A stretch of DNA of 64,000 bases from an uncultured Methanosarcinales archaeon (GTDB lineage Archaea > Halobacteriota > Methanosarcinia > Methanotrichales > Methanotrichaceae), in assembly GCA_963843555.1 (NCBI GenBank), contig CAWJKV010000005.1, positions 128,001 to 192,000 of the forward strand, in the 5' to 3' direction. Position numbers and translations under genes: made by a program. The notes under the pieces are model-generated. The model did not search any database. It had not been told where the DNA came from and saw nothing but the letters and a program-made list of their open reading frames with translations. Positions within the stretch are counted from its first letter, which is position 1; every line of letters begins with the position of its first letter. Positions 1-11,900 of this stretch are shown here, piece by piece.

Positions 1-282
1 GACAAAGGTGTCACAGTAACCTGGACAGCAAAAGGCTCTGATCCGGATAAGGATACAATTCTTTATCAGTATGTTCTCAAAGGGCCTTCGACTGAAGAGC
101 AATGGCTGCCTGTGACTTCCTGGACCACAAACAACGTCTGGGTATGGAATACGGGTCAGTCAAAGGCTGGCGTATACATGATAGAAGTCTGGCTGAGAGA
201 TGGATACCATGCAGATGTAGATAATTCGGATGCCTCTGTTAGGATGCCGTTTGTCGTAATGCAGAAAGGAATAATCCAATAA
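1..282 (+). CDS. 3' end of a surface/secreted protein, Ig-like (Y_Y_Y-like) domain; 5'-truncated by the window
   Basis: Frame 1 open from base 1 to TAA 280-282: DKGVTVTWTAKGSDPDKDTILYQYVLKGP...WTTNNVWVWNT...GVYMIEVWLRDG, a beta-sandwich pattern. Confidence 0.65.
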   Translation, partial: DKGVTVTWTAKGSDPDKDTILYQYVLKGPSTEEQWLPVTSWTTNNVWVWNTGQSKAGVYMIEVWLRDGYHADVDNSDASVRMPFVVMQKGIIQ

Positions 283-800
283 ATCAGAAGAGATCGGAGT
301 AAATTTGCAGCGGGCAAATCAAGGCGGGCAGACCGGCTAGAATAGTGAACGGTCTATGGGATGCTGCTCATGCGCGCGCGGGTCAAGCGGGCCGCGCGCC
401 CCGGAGCCTGCCCCCGGTAGCCGGATGGCGAAAGATTAGGTTCGGCCAAAGAGCAAAACATTTTTCGCGTGATCACAAAGGAGTTTCCATTGCCAGGAGG
501 AGGTCAGGAAAAGTACTGGCGTAGGAGGGACTTTGGCCTGCGACGTTCCATTTGGGTGGGCAGAGTGGAGAAGAAATTAATGAAAAAGAAATCAGAGGGA
601 TGAATGAGAATTACCACTCCCACTTTGCGTCTGTAATGCCCCTGTGCTTTGAGCGTCTCTTTTAGCTTCTTGCGGGATTAAGTGTAAGACCCAGCAAGGT
701 CAGACGAATAGGATATAGTATGTAACTATCAAATTATATAAATAAAAATATGTATTAATACATTGAGTTACCATTAGTAAATGGGGGTGTTGGTATTAAG

Positions 801-1129
801 TTGTTGATAATGCTTCCTCTATTGGCACTCGGATTGCTCTGCTCTATTGCCATCGCACAGTCGCAAGGGTATGAAAGTGCAAGCTATCAATCTCAAATGA
901 CATCTACAGGTGGCTATGATTGGATGTCTCCGTGGTATCCCAGCCACTATAGCTATTGGTATCCCCAGTACAGCTACCCGTCTTACAGCTATTATTACCC
1001 ATATAGCTACTACTATTCATATAGCTATTATTACCCATATAACTACTACTACACTACCCATATAGCTATTATTACCCGTATAGCTACTACTATCCATACA
1101 AGTATTACAGCCACTGTACGTATTGTTGA
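801..1129 (+). CDS. Small secreted tyrosine-rich repeat protein (apparent frameshift near 1051)
   Basis: Hydrophobic signal peptide, then PYSYYY repeats; the repeats continue in another frame after ~1051 to ...YPYKYYSHCTYC-TGA (1127-1129). Confidence 0.65.
975..1100 (+). repeat. Imperfect 18-bp tandem repeat (consensus ~ccatatagctaytaytac) encoding PYSYYY
   Basis: About 6-7 consecutive imperfect copies visible in the sequence. Confidence 0.85.
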
Positions 1130-1147
1130 CCGGATCTAAGAGAGTCG

Positions 1148-1200
1148 AAGTCGATAAGATCTTTATCCTGCCGATTCTGTATCGACTTTCCTATTTTTCA
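1148..1200 (+). terminator. Inverted repeat followed by a T-rich tract
   Basis: aagtcgata (1148-1156) / tatcgactt (1180-1188), then tcctattttt, just after the Tyr-rich gene. Confidence 0.45.
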
Positions 1201-1389
1201 TACATTCCACAAAATTCAATCAAATATCCGGTATTTTTTTGAATGTTACTCCAGTGGACTTTCACTTTCACCATCAATACCCATTGGGGATGGATGTTTC
1301 ATACATCGATAGTAATTTGCCAGAGTTTGACCGACACACTTGTAGAAATCGCGGCTTTGATATGCCAGCTTCGAGAACTCAACCTTGCT

Positions 1390-1521
1390 TTAGGCAACGA
1401 CTTTGCGAGGACCAGTTGAAATGAATGTATCGACGAGAAATTCTGCATTCATGTTATTGTCCAATGCAGCGATGCTTTTCTCGTTTCCACAAAAGCTTCT
1501 GACTGATTTCATCTTTATCAT
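1390..1521 (-). CDS. Putative 43-aa small protein
   Basis: MIKMKSVRSFCGNEKSIAALDNNMNAEFLVDTFISTGPRKVVA*, preceded by SD-like GGATGGTGA; below the ORF-track cutoff. Confidence 0.35.
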   Translation of the reverse strand: MIKMKSVRSFCGNEKSIAALDNNMNAEFLVDTFISTGPRKVVA

Positions 1522-1643
1522 GTCACCATCCTAGATTGGACTATAAAGCTGAATGGTTTCAATAACTCATGCCCGATGTGGGATATACCATTGCGACATT
1601 AACACTCCTAAAAAGGCAAAATCGACATCATAGAATACAATAA

Positions 1644-1727
1644 TGCGGGGTACGGGATTCGAACCCGCGAACTCCTGCGAGACAGGATCTTAAGTCCTGC
1701 GCCTTTGGCCAGCTTGGCAAACCCCGC
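1644..1727 (-). tRNA. tRNA-Leu (anticodon TAA)
   Basis: Reverse complement folds as a cloverleaf: acceptor GCGGGGT/ACCCCGC, anticodon arm CAGGA-CTTAAGA-TCCTG, long variable arm, TTCGAAT T-loop; CCA not encoded. Confidence 0.97.
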
Positions 1728-1844
1728 GACTGCTGAAGACCGCCATTCGCAATGGTTCACGATGGATAAATTAGTTTCCCTTAAGAAAAGTCGAAGGGCC
1801 ATTTTTCAGGCCCATTCGTTTTGCTTGCTTTTTCCAGCTCGACG

Positions 1845-2477
1845 CTAATTCGTTGCAGGTGGCATATCTGTGCTGCCAGATGCAGGTGGCATGGCTGCCT
1901 GGCCCTTCACCACTTGCAGACTGCTGAGCAGGTTTTCGGTTACGTCCTGTGGGTAGGATGAGGTTATATCCACGCGAACTGTGCCCGCGGATACAGGTCC
2001 ATAATCCTTGCTGTCCATCCAGTAGCTGGCGCGGTAGAGCCTGACATCGGCAGGAACGGCGGTGTTTTCCGGTACTGGCTCGCTGGTGAGCAGGAAGCCA
2101 TCATTTCCATCTATGGTCCTATCTTCCACATTTGTTACATTGAAGTAGTTGAGAGCGGCCTGAAGGAGGAGCATTTGTTCATACGGTCCCAGAGTCGAAT
2201 CAACGGGGCTTGCAAACTCCTTAATGGTCACTACAGCATTCGTATCATTGTTGGTAAATATCTGCATGCCGTAATTTGTCGCAGATGGGATGCCGAAAAT
2301 ATCCGCAGCTGGCGTCTGTAGGGGCTCCATGACCCTTAATTCAGGCTGTGAATCGGTATTCATATCGAAAGAGACTGCATATGGTCCAAGCTGACCGCTT
2401 TCTGGCACTGCCAAGGCCAGAGAGGAGAGCATCAGCACTGATGCAATGGCTATTAACAATTTCACATAATTCACCAT
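1845..2477 (-). CDS. Secreted hypothetical protein
   Basis: 210-aa ORF with N-terminal signal peptide (...SSLALA) and Pro-rich tail. Confidence 0.8.
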   Translation of the reverse strand: MVNYVKLLIAIASVLMLSSLALAVPESGQLGPYAVSFDMNTDSQPELRVMEPLQTPAADIFGIPSATNYGMQIFTNNDTNAVVTIKEFASPVDSTLGPYEQMLLLQAALNYFNVTNVEDRTIDGNDGFLLTSEPVPENTAVPADVRLYRASYWMDSKDYGPVSAGTVRVDITSSYPQDVTENLLSSLQVVKGQAAMPPASGSTDMPPATN

Positions 2478-2540
2478 AACCTCAATACTACCTCATCCTA
2501 GAAAAGTCTTCCTTTAATATGTGTCTCGTATTGCTCCTCC

Positions 2541-3011
2541 ATGGAAGCATTAAGCTCAAATAGGTGCCATCCAGAGCAGCTTTTCATGATCCTTGGATGC
2601 AGTGAGCCCGGAATTTATACTATTCTTCTAAATCTTGATAAGGCAAAGGAGATAGAGGTCGGATCCCTGGGCGCTATTGCCTTTGCAGCCGGATACTACG
2701 CTTACACCGGCTCGGCACGCGGTCCTGGCGGCTGCAAGCGCGTGGATCGCCACATAAGGGTAATGCAAGGCATTGAATCAACCCGGAGGTGGCACATCGA
2801 CTACCTCTTGCCCCAGGCCGGCTTTCAGGAGGTCTTCATCACCAAAACAGACCGCGACCTGGAATGCAGAATAGCATCAAAGGTCGCAGAGCGACTTTGG
2901 CCCATAAAGGGCTTCGGCTGCACGGATTGCGGCTGCATAAGCCATCTGCATTATGCCCAAGACCTGTGTTATATGCAGGAGGCAGTTCGTCTGGCTCACG
3001 AACAACAGTAA
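2541..3011 (+). CDS. GIY-YIG/DUF123 family endonuclease (start may be ATG 2586)
   Basis: GIYT...YAYTGSA...RV.RH...WHIDYLL...EC...GFGCTDC.C.SHL motifs typical of archaeal DUF123. Confidence 0.85.
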   Translation: MEALSSNRCHPEQLFMILGCSEPGIYTILLNLDKAKEIEVGSLGAIAFAAGYYAYTGSARGPGGCKRVDRHIRVMQGIESTRRWHIDYLLPQAGFQEVFITKTDRDLECRIASKVAERLWPIKGFGCTDCGCISHLHYAQDLCYMQEAVRLAHEQQ

Positions 3012-3508
3012 TGACGTCGTTATCAAGAGAATTTTGTCGATAGCCATTCGATCTGAGCCTGATTCGTCAACATCGCAAATGAACAGTATTTTCCGCGCAG
3101 GACTCAGACCCCTGGGCACCGCTGAAATGCTACAAACGCCCCGAAAAGAAGATTCGTACCCTGCCCGGTATTACATATCCTGTCAGATCCCCGGCCTGTC
3201 CTGCCATGAAGGCAAAAGAGGTAGCAGAGACGACTAAACTCAAGATTTGCTCCATCCTACGCTGTGACCAAGTTGACTGGATTGAGGCTGCCCGAGAATA
3301 TGAAATGTGCTCATGAAATTACTGTATATATTTGTAGCTATAAAACAATAATTATGCATGCAAAGCCTTTTTCTCCCAAACATCCGAAACGCATTTATAG
3401 ATAGAAATATAAAAAATGAACTGAAGGGTTTAATCTTTATTAATTGTCAGGGATAACAAGTGGCGATCTATTGTAAGGGATAGATCAAGGGAAAAAGGGA
3501 GTAGTTGA

Positions 3509-6500
3509 ATGAGGAGGGGTAGGTTTAGGCTCAGACTACCTCGGGGGAGGCGTAGTCTAAAGGCAAGTCCCGCGTTTGCTGGGATTAGCCGCATTTCTGG
3601 TCATTCTAGTTCCAACTTTATTCTATCTCTTCCCTCATGCTCCGGATTCACGTTCCCTTGACTCCGATTTATCTGATTCTCAACCCATACTTCCTTCCGA
3701 CTCAGACGACCTCGAGGATGACCTGGTTGCCGAAGGTGCAATCCGACAATGCACCCGAGCCAGTTCTGAAAGTAGCATCCTCGGGTGCCTCTCTTCAGGC
3801 ATCGGTCAATTCCAGCAGAGACATCTCGCAGATCTACCTGGAGAACGCCGGCACCTCAAAGCTTCGTCAAGTGAAGGTCCAGAGCGACGGAAAAATCCTG
3901 GGGCTCCTTTCCGAGCTTGTCCCCGGGGAGAAGAAAGTGCTGGCCATCAGCGGCCCCGTGGACGAAATACTGGTGTCGGCCTTCGATTCATCCGGCCAGG
4001 AGATTGTGGGCCGGGTTCAGCATAACTCAGACAAAGGTGACTGTGTCCGCTTCAGCGGCTACAGGGGATACTATGCTGAACACTAAGGCCGCTCCAGAGG
4101 CTTCCGTTTCTTTTTCCGGTCCCTCGAAGATGACGGCACCAGCACCCAAGGCCCCCGCAAAGCCCACACCACCAGCGAAAATAGTTCCACCAATCGCGAA
4201 GAAGCCCGAGGTATCACTCTCTTTCGATAAGCATTGCCGCGAACAGATCAGAAGGCAGGGAAGGAGAGGTCGTGGGCTACAGCTGCAAAGCGGTAAACTT
4301 GGGGTCCATTGAACTCTCCGATGTACGGATCACCTGCGCTGGCAAGCTGGTTCCACCAGGTTCCTCCCTCCGCATAAGGAGCTATTTCTCGATGGAGTCC
4401 TGGTGATTGAGAATGTACCAATCTCTCGGCCAGAGTGGATGGAAAGGATGCCAACGGCAAGCGTCTACACAAATGATACCTCAACTGCCGTTCGGATGGT
4501 CTCACCTTTGATCAAGCTGGAGGTGACGGCCCCAGGCGTGGTGAGGCGTGGTGATATTGTCCGCTTCCAGATCCGGGTTGAAAATAGCGGGAAGGGGAAA
4601 CTCACCGATCTAATCGTCTCCGATAGCTTTGGTGAGATAGGCAGAATAGACATTATCAACCCGGGAGCTTTCCAGGTGCTGCAAACAGGAGAGAGTTGTG
4701 ACCCAGAGTCTGCAAGATGATGTAAGAGTCACCGCCCGGGACGATTCTGGCCAGGAGCTCTATGCCAGCCAGAGCCTGAGCCTTCGGGTGAGAAACTCCT
4801 CCCTGGAGATCCGGGGCGATCCGGCAGAGGTCAGGACGTATCCGGGAAATCCAGTTGGAGTGACCTGGATCCTGAGCAACACCGGTGAAGAGCTATTGAA
4901 GAACATAACTCTGGATGGAGACGGCAAGAGATGCATGCTGGCGGAAATGCCGCCGGGGCGATCCGTGCGCATGGCTGCGATCTATAGCAAGAACACTACC
5001 ACCTGGATAAACGTCACAGCCCATGGCGTTGACGAGAATGGATTTGATGCCACTGCCGAGGCTTCTGTGCTTCTGAAGTCCATTCAGCCCGGCATCAGTT
5101 TGCGGGTTATGCCCATAGAGATAGAGGCCTGTCCCGGAGATACGGCTGAAATAACAAGTCTCGTCACCAATTCGGGAGACGACAGCCTGAATGATGTGGT
5201 CATCACTCAAAATGGGTCCGATCTGGCAGCCATCGGCCGTCTGGAGCCGGGCGAGTTCCAAGTCGTTAACTCTCGAACTGTGATATCCAACAATTGCACC
5301 ATTCAATTTTCAGTCGAGGGAAAGGATTCGAGCGGCAAGATCTGGTCTGACGAGTCAAGCGTGAAGGCAAGGACGGCTGTCACTGCTCTCAAGGTATTCG
5401 TCAGCGCCTCGCCGCCTGTGGTTATGCCCGGAGCCCGCAGCAATCTTACCTGCACAGTGGCCAACACAGGCAGTGTCCCACTCTACAGCATCTTCGTCAT
5501 CAGCAAAAAGCTGGGCCCCCTGGGCAATATCGATTATCTCTCTCCCAAGCACCAGAAGGTGATCTATGCAGAAAAGGCGATCACAATAGCAGGGGATGAT
5601 ACTGTAACTGCAGAGGGATTCACTCAGGATAAGAAGCCCGTTCGAGAGTCTTGCACACTTAATATCGGCCTCTTGAGTGGCACTGCAAAGGGTTTGGAGG
5701 ACTCTGCGTCAGGCTCTCAGAATTCAGTCAGGATGGCCCCGGCAAACATCAGCTACGGCAACCTGAGCCTGCCTTTCAACCTGCCCGACGAGAAGGAGAC
5801 AGTCACTCAAATCTCGGGCGCCATTGGAAGGGATTTTGACCGCTCGGCAACCCAATCAAATAATGCGGTCGTTGACGGTATCACAAACCTCCTGAGATAT
5901 GTGGAAACGCTTCTGGGAATGTCCGGCAACGAGATTGAGAGTGAGAATGAGTCCGAATCTCATGCCGCCCAGGAGTTTGTGCCTCAGGCAAAAGATGGCC
6001 TGCCCGGTGCAAAGGATTACGAGCTGAGCATTGAGGGAGTGAAGAGCTCAGAGCACGGAGCCATAACCATTCTGGATGTGAACGCCATGCCCTCTCAGCC
6101 CGCATCCGGAGAACCGGTAAAAGTAACAGTGCATTTGCAGAGCCCGACCCCAATAACGTCCGCCTCGGTGAAATACGGGCTCTCTGAGTCTCCCCTAACC
6201 AAGCAGGATATGCTGGGTGTGGCGAGGGTTTATGATTCCAGTCTTAGCCTGGAATCGGGCAGCGCAAAAGATGGATACTGGAGCTGCACCATACCCGGAA
6301 AAGCCGCCGGTACTTACATGCCTCTCTCTGTCTGGATGACAGATGGGTCGAATACCGCGGAAGGCGGGCCGTACTTGATTCACTGGAGCACAGTCAAATC
6401 TGCGACCAGGGACGTAATCGCTCCCGTCTCTGGAAATGGCAGGCTCTTTATTGAGTCTTCATCGGTAAAGGGAACAGGAGAGGTCTCCATAAAGGATACC

Positions 6501-6932
6501 TTCGAGGGAACGGCGATGCACTACAATGAGAAGATGATGGGCAATGGCTCCATAAGCCTGGAGACCCAGAGAAGCCTTGACCGCAAGGCATCCGTCGACA
6601 ACTTCGTCGAGAAGAAGGATCTGGTCTTCACCGGCGGCAACCTCAAAGGCCGTCAGACGGTTGAATCACCCACCTTCGATGGCGGCATGGGAGCGTCCGT
6701 CACAGAGAGGTTCAACTTAAGCCATGTGGACAGAAGCGAGACCTCCAGCGTCTCCAGCGCCAGCTATACCAACAATACTCTGAACTTCAAGACGGAACAG
6801 GCCTTCAACGGAACCTGGAATATTCAAACCAAGTATGCCAAGTTCTTCAAGAAGATCAAGGCAGATCAGCAGTACAGGGGTTCCTTCCAAACCCAGAAGG
6901 AGATCCAGTTCCAGGACGCGGGACAAAATTAA
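3509..6932 (+). CDS. Large membrane-anchored surface protein with repeated Ig-like (DUF11/CARDB-like) domains; 5' third broken by several frameshifts
   Basis: Pieces at 3576, 3637, 3917, 4403 and 4698 join into one protein: basic N-terminus + TM helix, Pro/Lys linker, repeated 'V.NtG...L.nv.v......lG.i..L.PGe' units. Confidence 0.7.
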
Positions 6933-6968
6933 TTAAAAAAAAGGCTCTGCTGAACCGGGGCCGACCTC

Positions 6969-7322
6969 TCAACGCCTCGCCTTCGCAGCTTTGCTCCAGA
7001 TTTCGTCACTATTGTCCATTGACTCGATCAGGTCATGAATATCGATGCGGTGCTGAACCTCGGCCGCTCGCAGCGTTTTTTCCATGGAGAGCCGCATCAT
7101 CTCCCTGGCCTCTTCTCGCAGCCGTTCCGCCTCCAGCCAGAGGATCTCCGCCTGCCCCGCGTCGGACGGCCTCGTATCCACCGATTCGCGACGTAGCTCC
7201 ACCTCTTTTTGGCTCGATGCCTCGCAACCCTCCCGCAGGCGCTTTGCATCCGCTAAGAGTTCCTCTACCTCGAGGGCCATATCTTCTGCGCTTCTGGCTA
7301 CCAGATCCTTTTCCGAGAACAT
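6969..7322 (-). CDS. Hypothetical coiled-coil protein, probably co-transcribed with pdxST
   Basis: 117-aa Glu/Arg/Ala-rich helical ORF starting 1 nt after the pdxT stop. Confidence 0.75.
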   Translation of the reverse strand: MFSEKDLVARSAEDMALEVEELLADAKRLREGCEASSQKEVELRRESVDTRPSDAGQAEILWLEAERLREEAREMMRLSMEKTLRAAEVQHRIDIHDLIESMDNSDEIWSKAAKARR

Positions 7323-7323
7323 C

Positions 7324-7905
7324 TCAATCCTCCAGCATCTTCAGGAATAATTGATGAATTCGCAAGTCACAGGTGAGCTCAGGATGAAACGCCAGAGCCA
7401 GCAGATTCTTCTGCCGGGCCGCAACAACGGCGTCCCCCACTTTCGCCAGCACCTGCACCCCATTGCCCACCTCTGCAATGGCAGGAGCCCGGATGAATAC
7501 CGCCCGGTAAGGTTGCTCCAGGCCCTCAATCTCCAGGTCCGCCTCGAAGGACTCTCTCTGCGGCCCGAAGGCGTTCCTGCTGATCCTGATATCCATCAGA
7601 CCGAGTGGCTTAACCCTTGAATCGCCCTCTATCTCTCTGGAGACCAGCACTAAACCCGCACAGGTGGCAAGGATCGGCTTGCCGGAGATCGCTGCAGCTT
7701 TCAGCTCCTCTGTCAGACCTGACCTTTCCAGCTGACGAATGATGGCAGTGCTCTCTCCTCCCGGCAGCACCAGGGCTGAGCAATGCTCCATTTGGCCGGG
7801 CTTTTTGATCTCCACCACCCGACCCTGGCCCTGCATTACCCTCTCCAGAACTGCGACATGCTCCGAGACATCCCCCTGCAGAGCAAGGACTCCGATCCTA
7901 TGCAA
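7324..7905 (-). CDS. pdxT: Pyridoxal 5'-phosphate synthase glutaminase subunit
   Basis: IGVLALQG, LPGGEST, ATCAG, RNAFG.Q.ESF, FIRAP, FHPEL motifs. Confidence 0.97.
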   Translation of the reverse strand: MHRIGVLALQGDVSEHVAVLERVMQGQGRVVEIKKPGQMEHCSALVLPGGESTAIIRQLERSGLTEELKAAAISGKPILATCAGLVLVSREIEGDSRVKPLGLMDIRISRNAFGPQRESFEADLEIEGLEQPYRAVFIRAPAIAEVGNGVQVLAKVGDAVVAARQKNLLALAFHPELTCDLRIHQLFLKMLED

Positions 7906-8799
7906 TTACCATCCTCTCTTCTGCAGAACTTCTGCCTCAGGAATCGTTGCCGCATCCAGCCCTTTCATGGCCGCGCCCAGACCCTTGGATACATCGGCCA
8001 GGAGCGCTGGATCACTGTAATGATGCACTGCTTCGACAATGGCCTGTGCCATTGCCTCCGGATTCTCGGACTTGAATATGCCCGAACCTACGAAGACTCC
8101 ATCTGCACCAAGCTGCATCATCAGAGCCGCATCAGCAGGCGTAGCCACGCCGCCGGCAGCAAAGTTAACAACGGGCAGGCGTTGCATGCTGGCACATTCT
8201 CTGACCAGATCCAGGTCCGCTTCGATCTCACGCGCCACCTTCATGAGCTGCAGATCGTCCATGCCCTTCAGGCTCCTGATCTGGCCCAGGATCATCCTCA
8301 TATGCAGCACCGCCTGGCTCACGTCTCCCGTTCCCGCCTCGCCCTTGGTCCTGATCATGGCCGCACCTTCCTTGATGCGCCGGCATGCCTCCCCCAGGTT
8401 TCGAGCGCCGCAGACGAACGGAATGGTGAACTTGGTCTTCTCAATATGGAATTCATCCGCCGGAGTAAGGACCTCTGACTCGTCCACCATATCCACTCCC
8501 AGCGCCTCTAAAATCTGGGCTTCCACAAAGTGGCCGATCCTGGCCTTTGCCATGACAGGGATGGTCACAGCCTCGATGATCGACTCTATGACCATAGGAT
8601 CTGCCATCCTGGCCACACCGCCCATCTTCCTGATGTCCGCAGGCACGGCATGCAGGGCCATTACGGCTACAGCTCCCGCTTCTTCAGCTATTACGGCTTG
8701 TTTCGCGGTGGTGACATCCATGATGACGCCGCCTTTCTGCATCTTTGCGAAACCGCGTTTGAGCAGTTCCGTACCGAATCGAAGATTTTCAAGCTCCAT
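7906..8799 (-). CDS. pdxS: Pyridoxal 5'-phosphate synthase lyase subunit
   Basis: [57 protein letters not shown] motifs; ends RGW. Confidence 0.98.
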   Translation of the reverse strand: MELENLRFGTELLKRGFAKMQKGGVIMDVTTAKQAVIAEEAGAVAVMALHAVPADIRKMGGVARMADPMVIESIIEAVTIPVMAKARIGHFVEAQILEALGVDMVDESEVLTPADEFHIEKTKFTIPFVCGARNLGEACRRIKEGAAMIRTKGEAGTGDVSQAVLHMRMILGQIRSLKGMDDLQLMKVAREIEADLDLVRECASMQRLPVVNFAAGGVATPADAALMMQLGADGVFVGSGIFKSENPEAMAQAIVEAVHHYSDPALLADVSKGLGAAMKGLDAATIPEAEVLQKRGW

Positions 8800-8937
8800 G
8801 AATTGCCCCAAACGTTATTAAGTGCGAGGCTAACGCATTGAGAACATAAATAAACTTTGCCCCGACAGACTGCGATCTATGTCCAAAATCGGGGCAAGAA
8901 AAATGGAGGCGGCAGCCATAGACTGCCCCCATCTGTC

Positions 8938-11900
8938 TTATGGCATATAGTTTTCGTAGATGTAGATATCTTTGTCCCCATTCCGATCATCGGTCCAGAC
9001 GATTCTTCCCGTCCTTATGCGCGGTTCAGTCTGGTTCCCGGCATCCGTGCAGATGGCTTTCTCACTTGCCACATTCTGGTCGTAGACATAAATGTCCCAG
9101 TTACCGTTTCTCTTATCCTGCCACACAATGACGCCGTTTTCGACATCGGGATTGGTCTGATCCGTCAGATCCTTGGTTATCTGTGTCTCCTTACTGGTTT
9201 TGAGGTCGTAGGCATAAATATCCCAGTTCCCGTTCCGGTTATCCTGCCAGACCACAGTGTTCCCATCTGTCGCCGCATTGGTCTGATCGTTGGCATCGCT
9301 CACCAGCATTACGGGTTTCTGGCCCTGCTTCCACAGCCAGATATCCCAGTTCCCTTTCTTATTATCCTGATAGACGACAAGATCTTTTCCGGCCCGCGGA
9401 TTAGTGCCGCTGGGCGGAGCTTCAGGACTGACCTCCTTTTCGAAAAGAGGTCTCACATAGACCATCCTGCCAAAGTAAGTATTTCTCAGATAGGCCAGAT
9501 AATCTGGACTGAGGGAGATCGATGTCGCGTTCTCCAGTCCAAAAACCAGCTCCGAGGAGTTGTCAATGGATATATCAAATGTTCTGATAGACCAGTAGTC
9601 CTCGATTCCATATTGGTTCTGGGGATTGCGGGCAACCCAACCGATGATACTTCCTGAGATATCCGGATTCATATCCTCATAGGGGCTTGCCGCTATGGGT
9701 AGCTCGATCTCCTGGTTCAGGCTGTAGACATAGATATCCGGGTTTCCGGTACGGTTATCCATCCAGGCCACATAGTATCCCACCTGGTCGTTGCCGCCAA
9801 CAACAGGTTGGCTCTGGTCGCCGGGCGCTTTGCATATAACGCTGGTTTGACCCGCCGTCACAGGTACCGATCTCGGCCTACCACTCTCGGTGTTGAGCCA
9901 GACCAGTTTCTTGTCCATGCTGGGCTTGACCTGCCCTGGTCCCGCCTGAACCAGCTCATCCTTCCAGTTGCTCAGGTCCAGCTTGCGGATGGAGGCATTT
10001 GTCCCTGCGTCATCAACATAGGCGATGTACTTGCTCGATACCACGGGGTTCGTCTGCTCTCCTGGGCGGGGATAGGTCTTACCCCACTTCTGATCCCAGA
10101 AGTAATAGGAGATATCTTTGGTCTTGCCATCCTCCCAGGCGATGGTGTTTCCAGAGATGTCGGGATAAAGCTGGTCTCCATCGCCCGTCAGTTTGGTCTC
10201 ACTTCCCAAATTCAGGTCTTTGACATAAACGTCAAAGTCTCCGTTTCTGTTGTCCTGCCAGACCACCAGGTCACCGCTGATGATGGGATACATCTGCTGG
10301 CCTGATCCTTTGTAGACGGGAACGGTCTCGCCCGTGGATAAATCTCGCATGTAGACATCCCAGTTGCCGCTGGAGTTGTCCTGCCAGACGACCCGATCGT
10401 TGGAGATGGACGGCCAGATTTGATCACCTTTTCCCGTGACAAGGGCCGATTCGACACCGGTAGCCAGGTTCTTCAAATAGATGTCCCCATCCCCATTTCT
10501 GTAGTCTGCGAATACTACTTTGTCTCCGGAGGCTTTGGGGTAGAGCTGATCATATTCTCCTCGAGAGATGGGCCTTTCCGCTCTTGTGGAGAAATCAAAG
10601 CCAAATATGTTCCAGTTGCCTCTCCGGTTGTCGCTCCATACTAGGAGGCTGCCATTGGTGTTGGGGAAGTCGGTATTGAGTAGCAGCAGGGGATCGGAGT
10701 TGATATACCTCATCTTGATCTGCGAATAGCCATTGCTATTGTCCATCCATACGATCTTGTTGTCGCTTATGATCTTGGAAGATAGGTAAGGCTTGACCTG
10801 ATCGGGATCTCCTTTGCCGTCATTGGGAGTCTGCTGATTGGGAAGCGTGGCCAATGGTACTTCCACCCTCTTCGCCAGATCGTAGAGATATATATCCGAA
10901 TCTCCCTGTCTTACATCCAGCCAGGCTAAATAGTCTCCATAAACCATTGGGTTGCCCTGGTTAGCAGGGTTAATTATTACGGCCCGTTCCGTTTTTGTGA
11001 CTAGGTCGTAAACATATATGTCCCAGTTCTCATTTCTGCCATCGGCCCAGACCACGGTATCGCCCCAAATCCAGGGTTGGGCCTGGCGAGCCGGGTTTGT
11101 GCAGATGGGAATCTCCTTTCCGGAGGTCAGGTTGTAGAGATAGACATCCCATTTATCCTCACCACTCCGAGAGTCAATCCAGACTATCTTGTCGTCGTTT
11201 ATTACCGGCGAGAGCTTCAGAGACTGTACAGTTGTGATCTGCCGTTCCTTTCCCGTAGCTATGTCGTAATTGTAGATCTGCTCTCCGCCCGAGCGTTCAT
11301 CAATCCAGATGATATTATTTCCGTCGATCATTCCGTAGCGATGGTCGGACGAATCGGCGGTAACCTGGGTAGTCTCTTTGCTCAATAGGTTGTAGAGGAA
11401 TATGTTGAGGTTGCCCTTGCTCTTATCCGTCCAGATCACATTGTCCCCGCTTATATCAGGGCTGCTGTGGTCAAAATCGCTATTGGTTATGCTCGTCTCC
11501 TCATTGGTGGCCGTATTGAATAAATAGACGTTGAAGTTGCCGTTTCTATTGTCTGTCCAGACGATATTCTCTCCAGAGATGGAGGGATTGGTGTGGTTGA
11601 AAGGCTCACTGGTTATGGATACATCTGCCAGGATCTCGAAGTCGTACATTTGAATGTTCGAATCGGTCTGTCCTTGCCTGTAATCCGTCCAGACGACGCC
11701 CCGGTCACTGATGGCCGGTTCCATCTTGATGCTGCCGGGAGCGAGACCAGAGTCCGTGCCGGTCGAAATGTCATAGAGATTGATCTCGGTGTGGTTGTTG
11801 AGATAGACGATGTACTTGCCGTAAATCCTGGGATCGGTCTGCACGCCTGGTTTGGAAAGCGTCGTAGTCTTCTTAGTTGTCAAATCAATAAAGGCAATAT

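Noticed and set aside
1608..1802. 64-aa minus-strand ORF
   Set aside because: It is a translation through tRNA-Leu.
7783..8821. Long plus-strand ORFs (231 and 260 aa) opposite pdxS
   Set aside because: Antisense shadows of a conserved GC-rich gene with no motifs; same for similar ORFs opposite the propeller, trm5, GT4, DUF362 and kinase genes.
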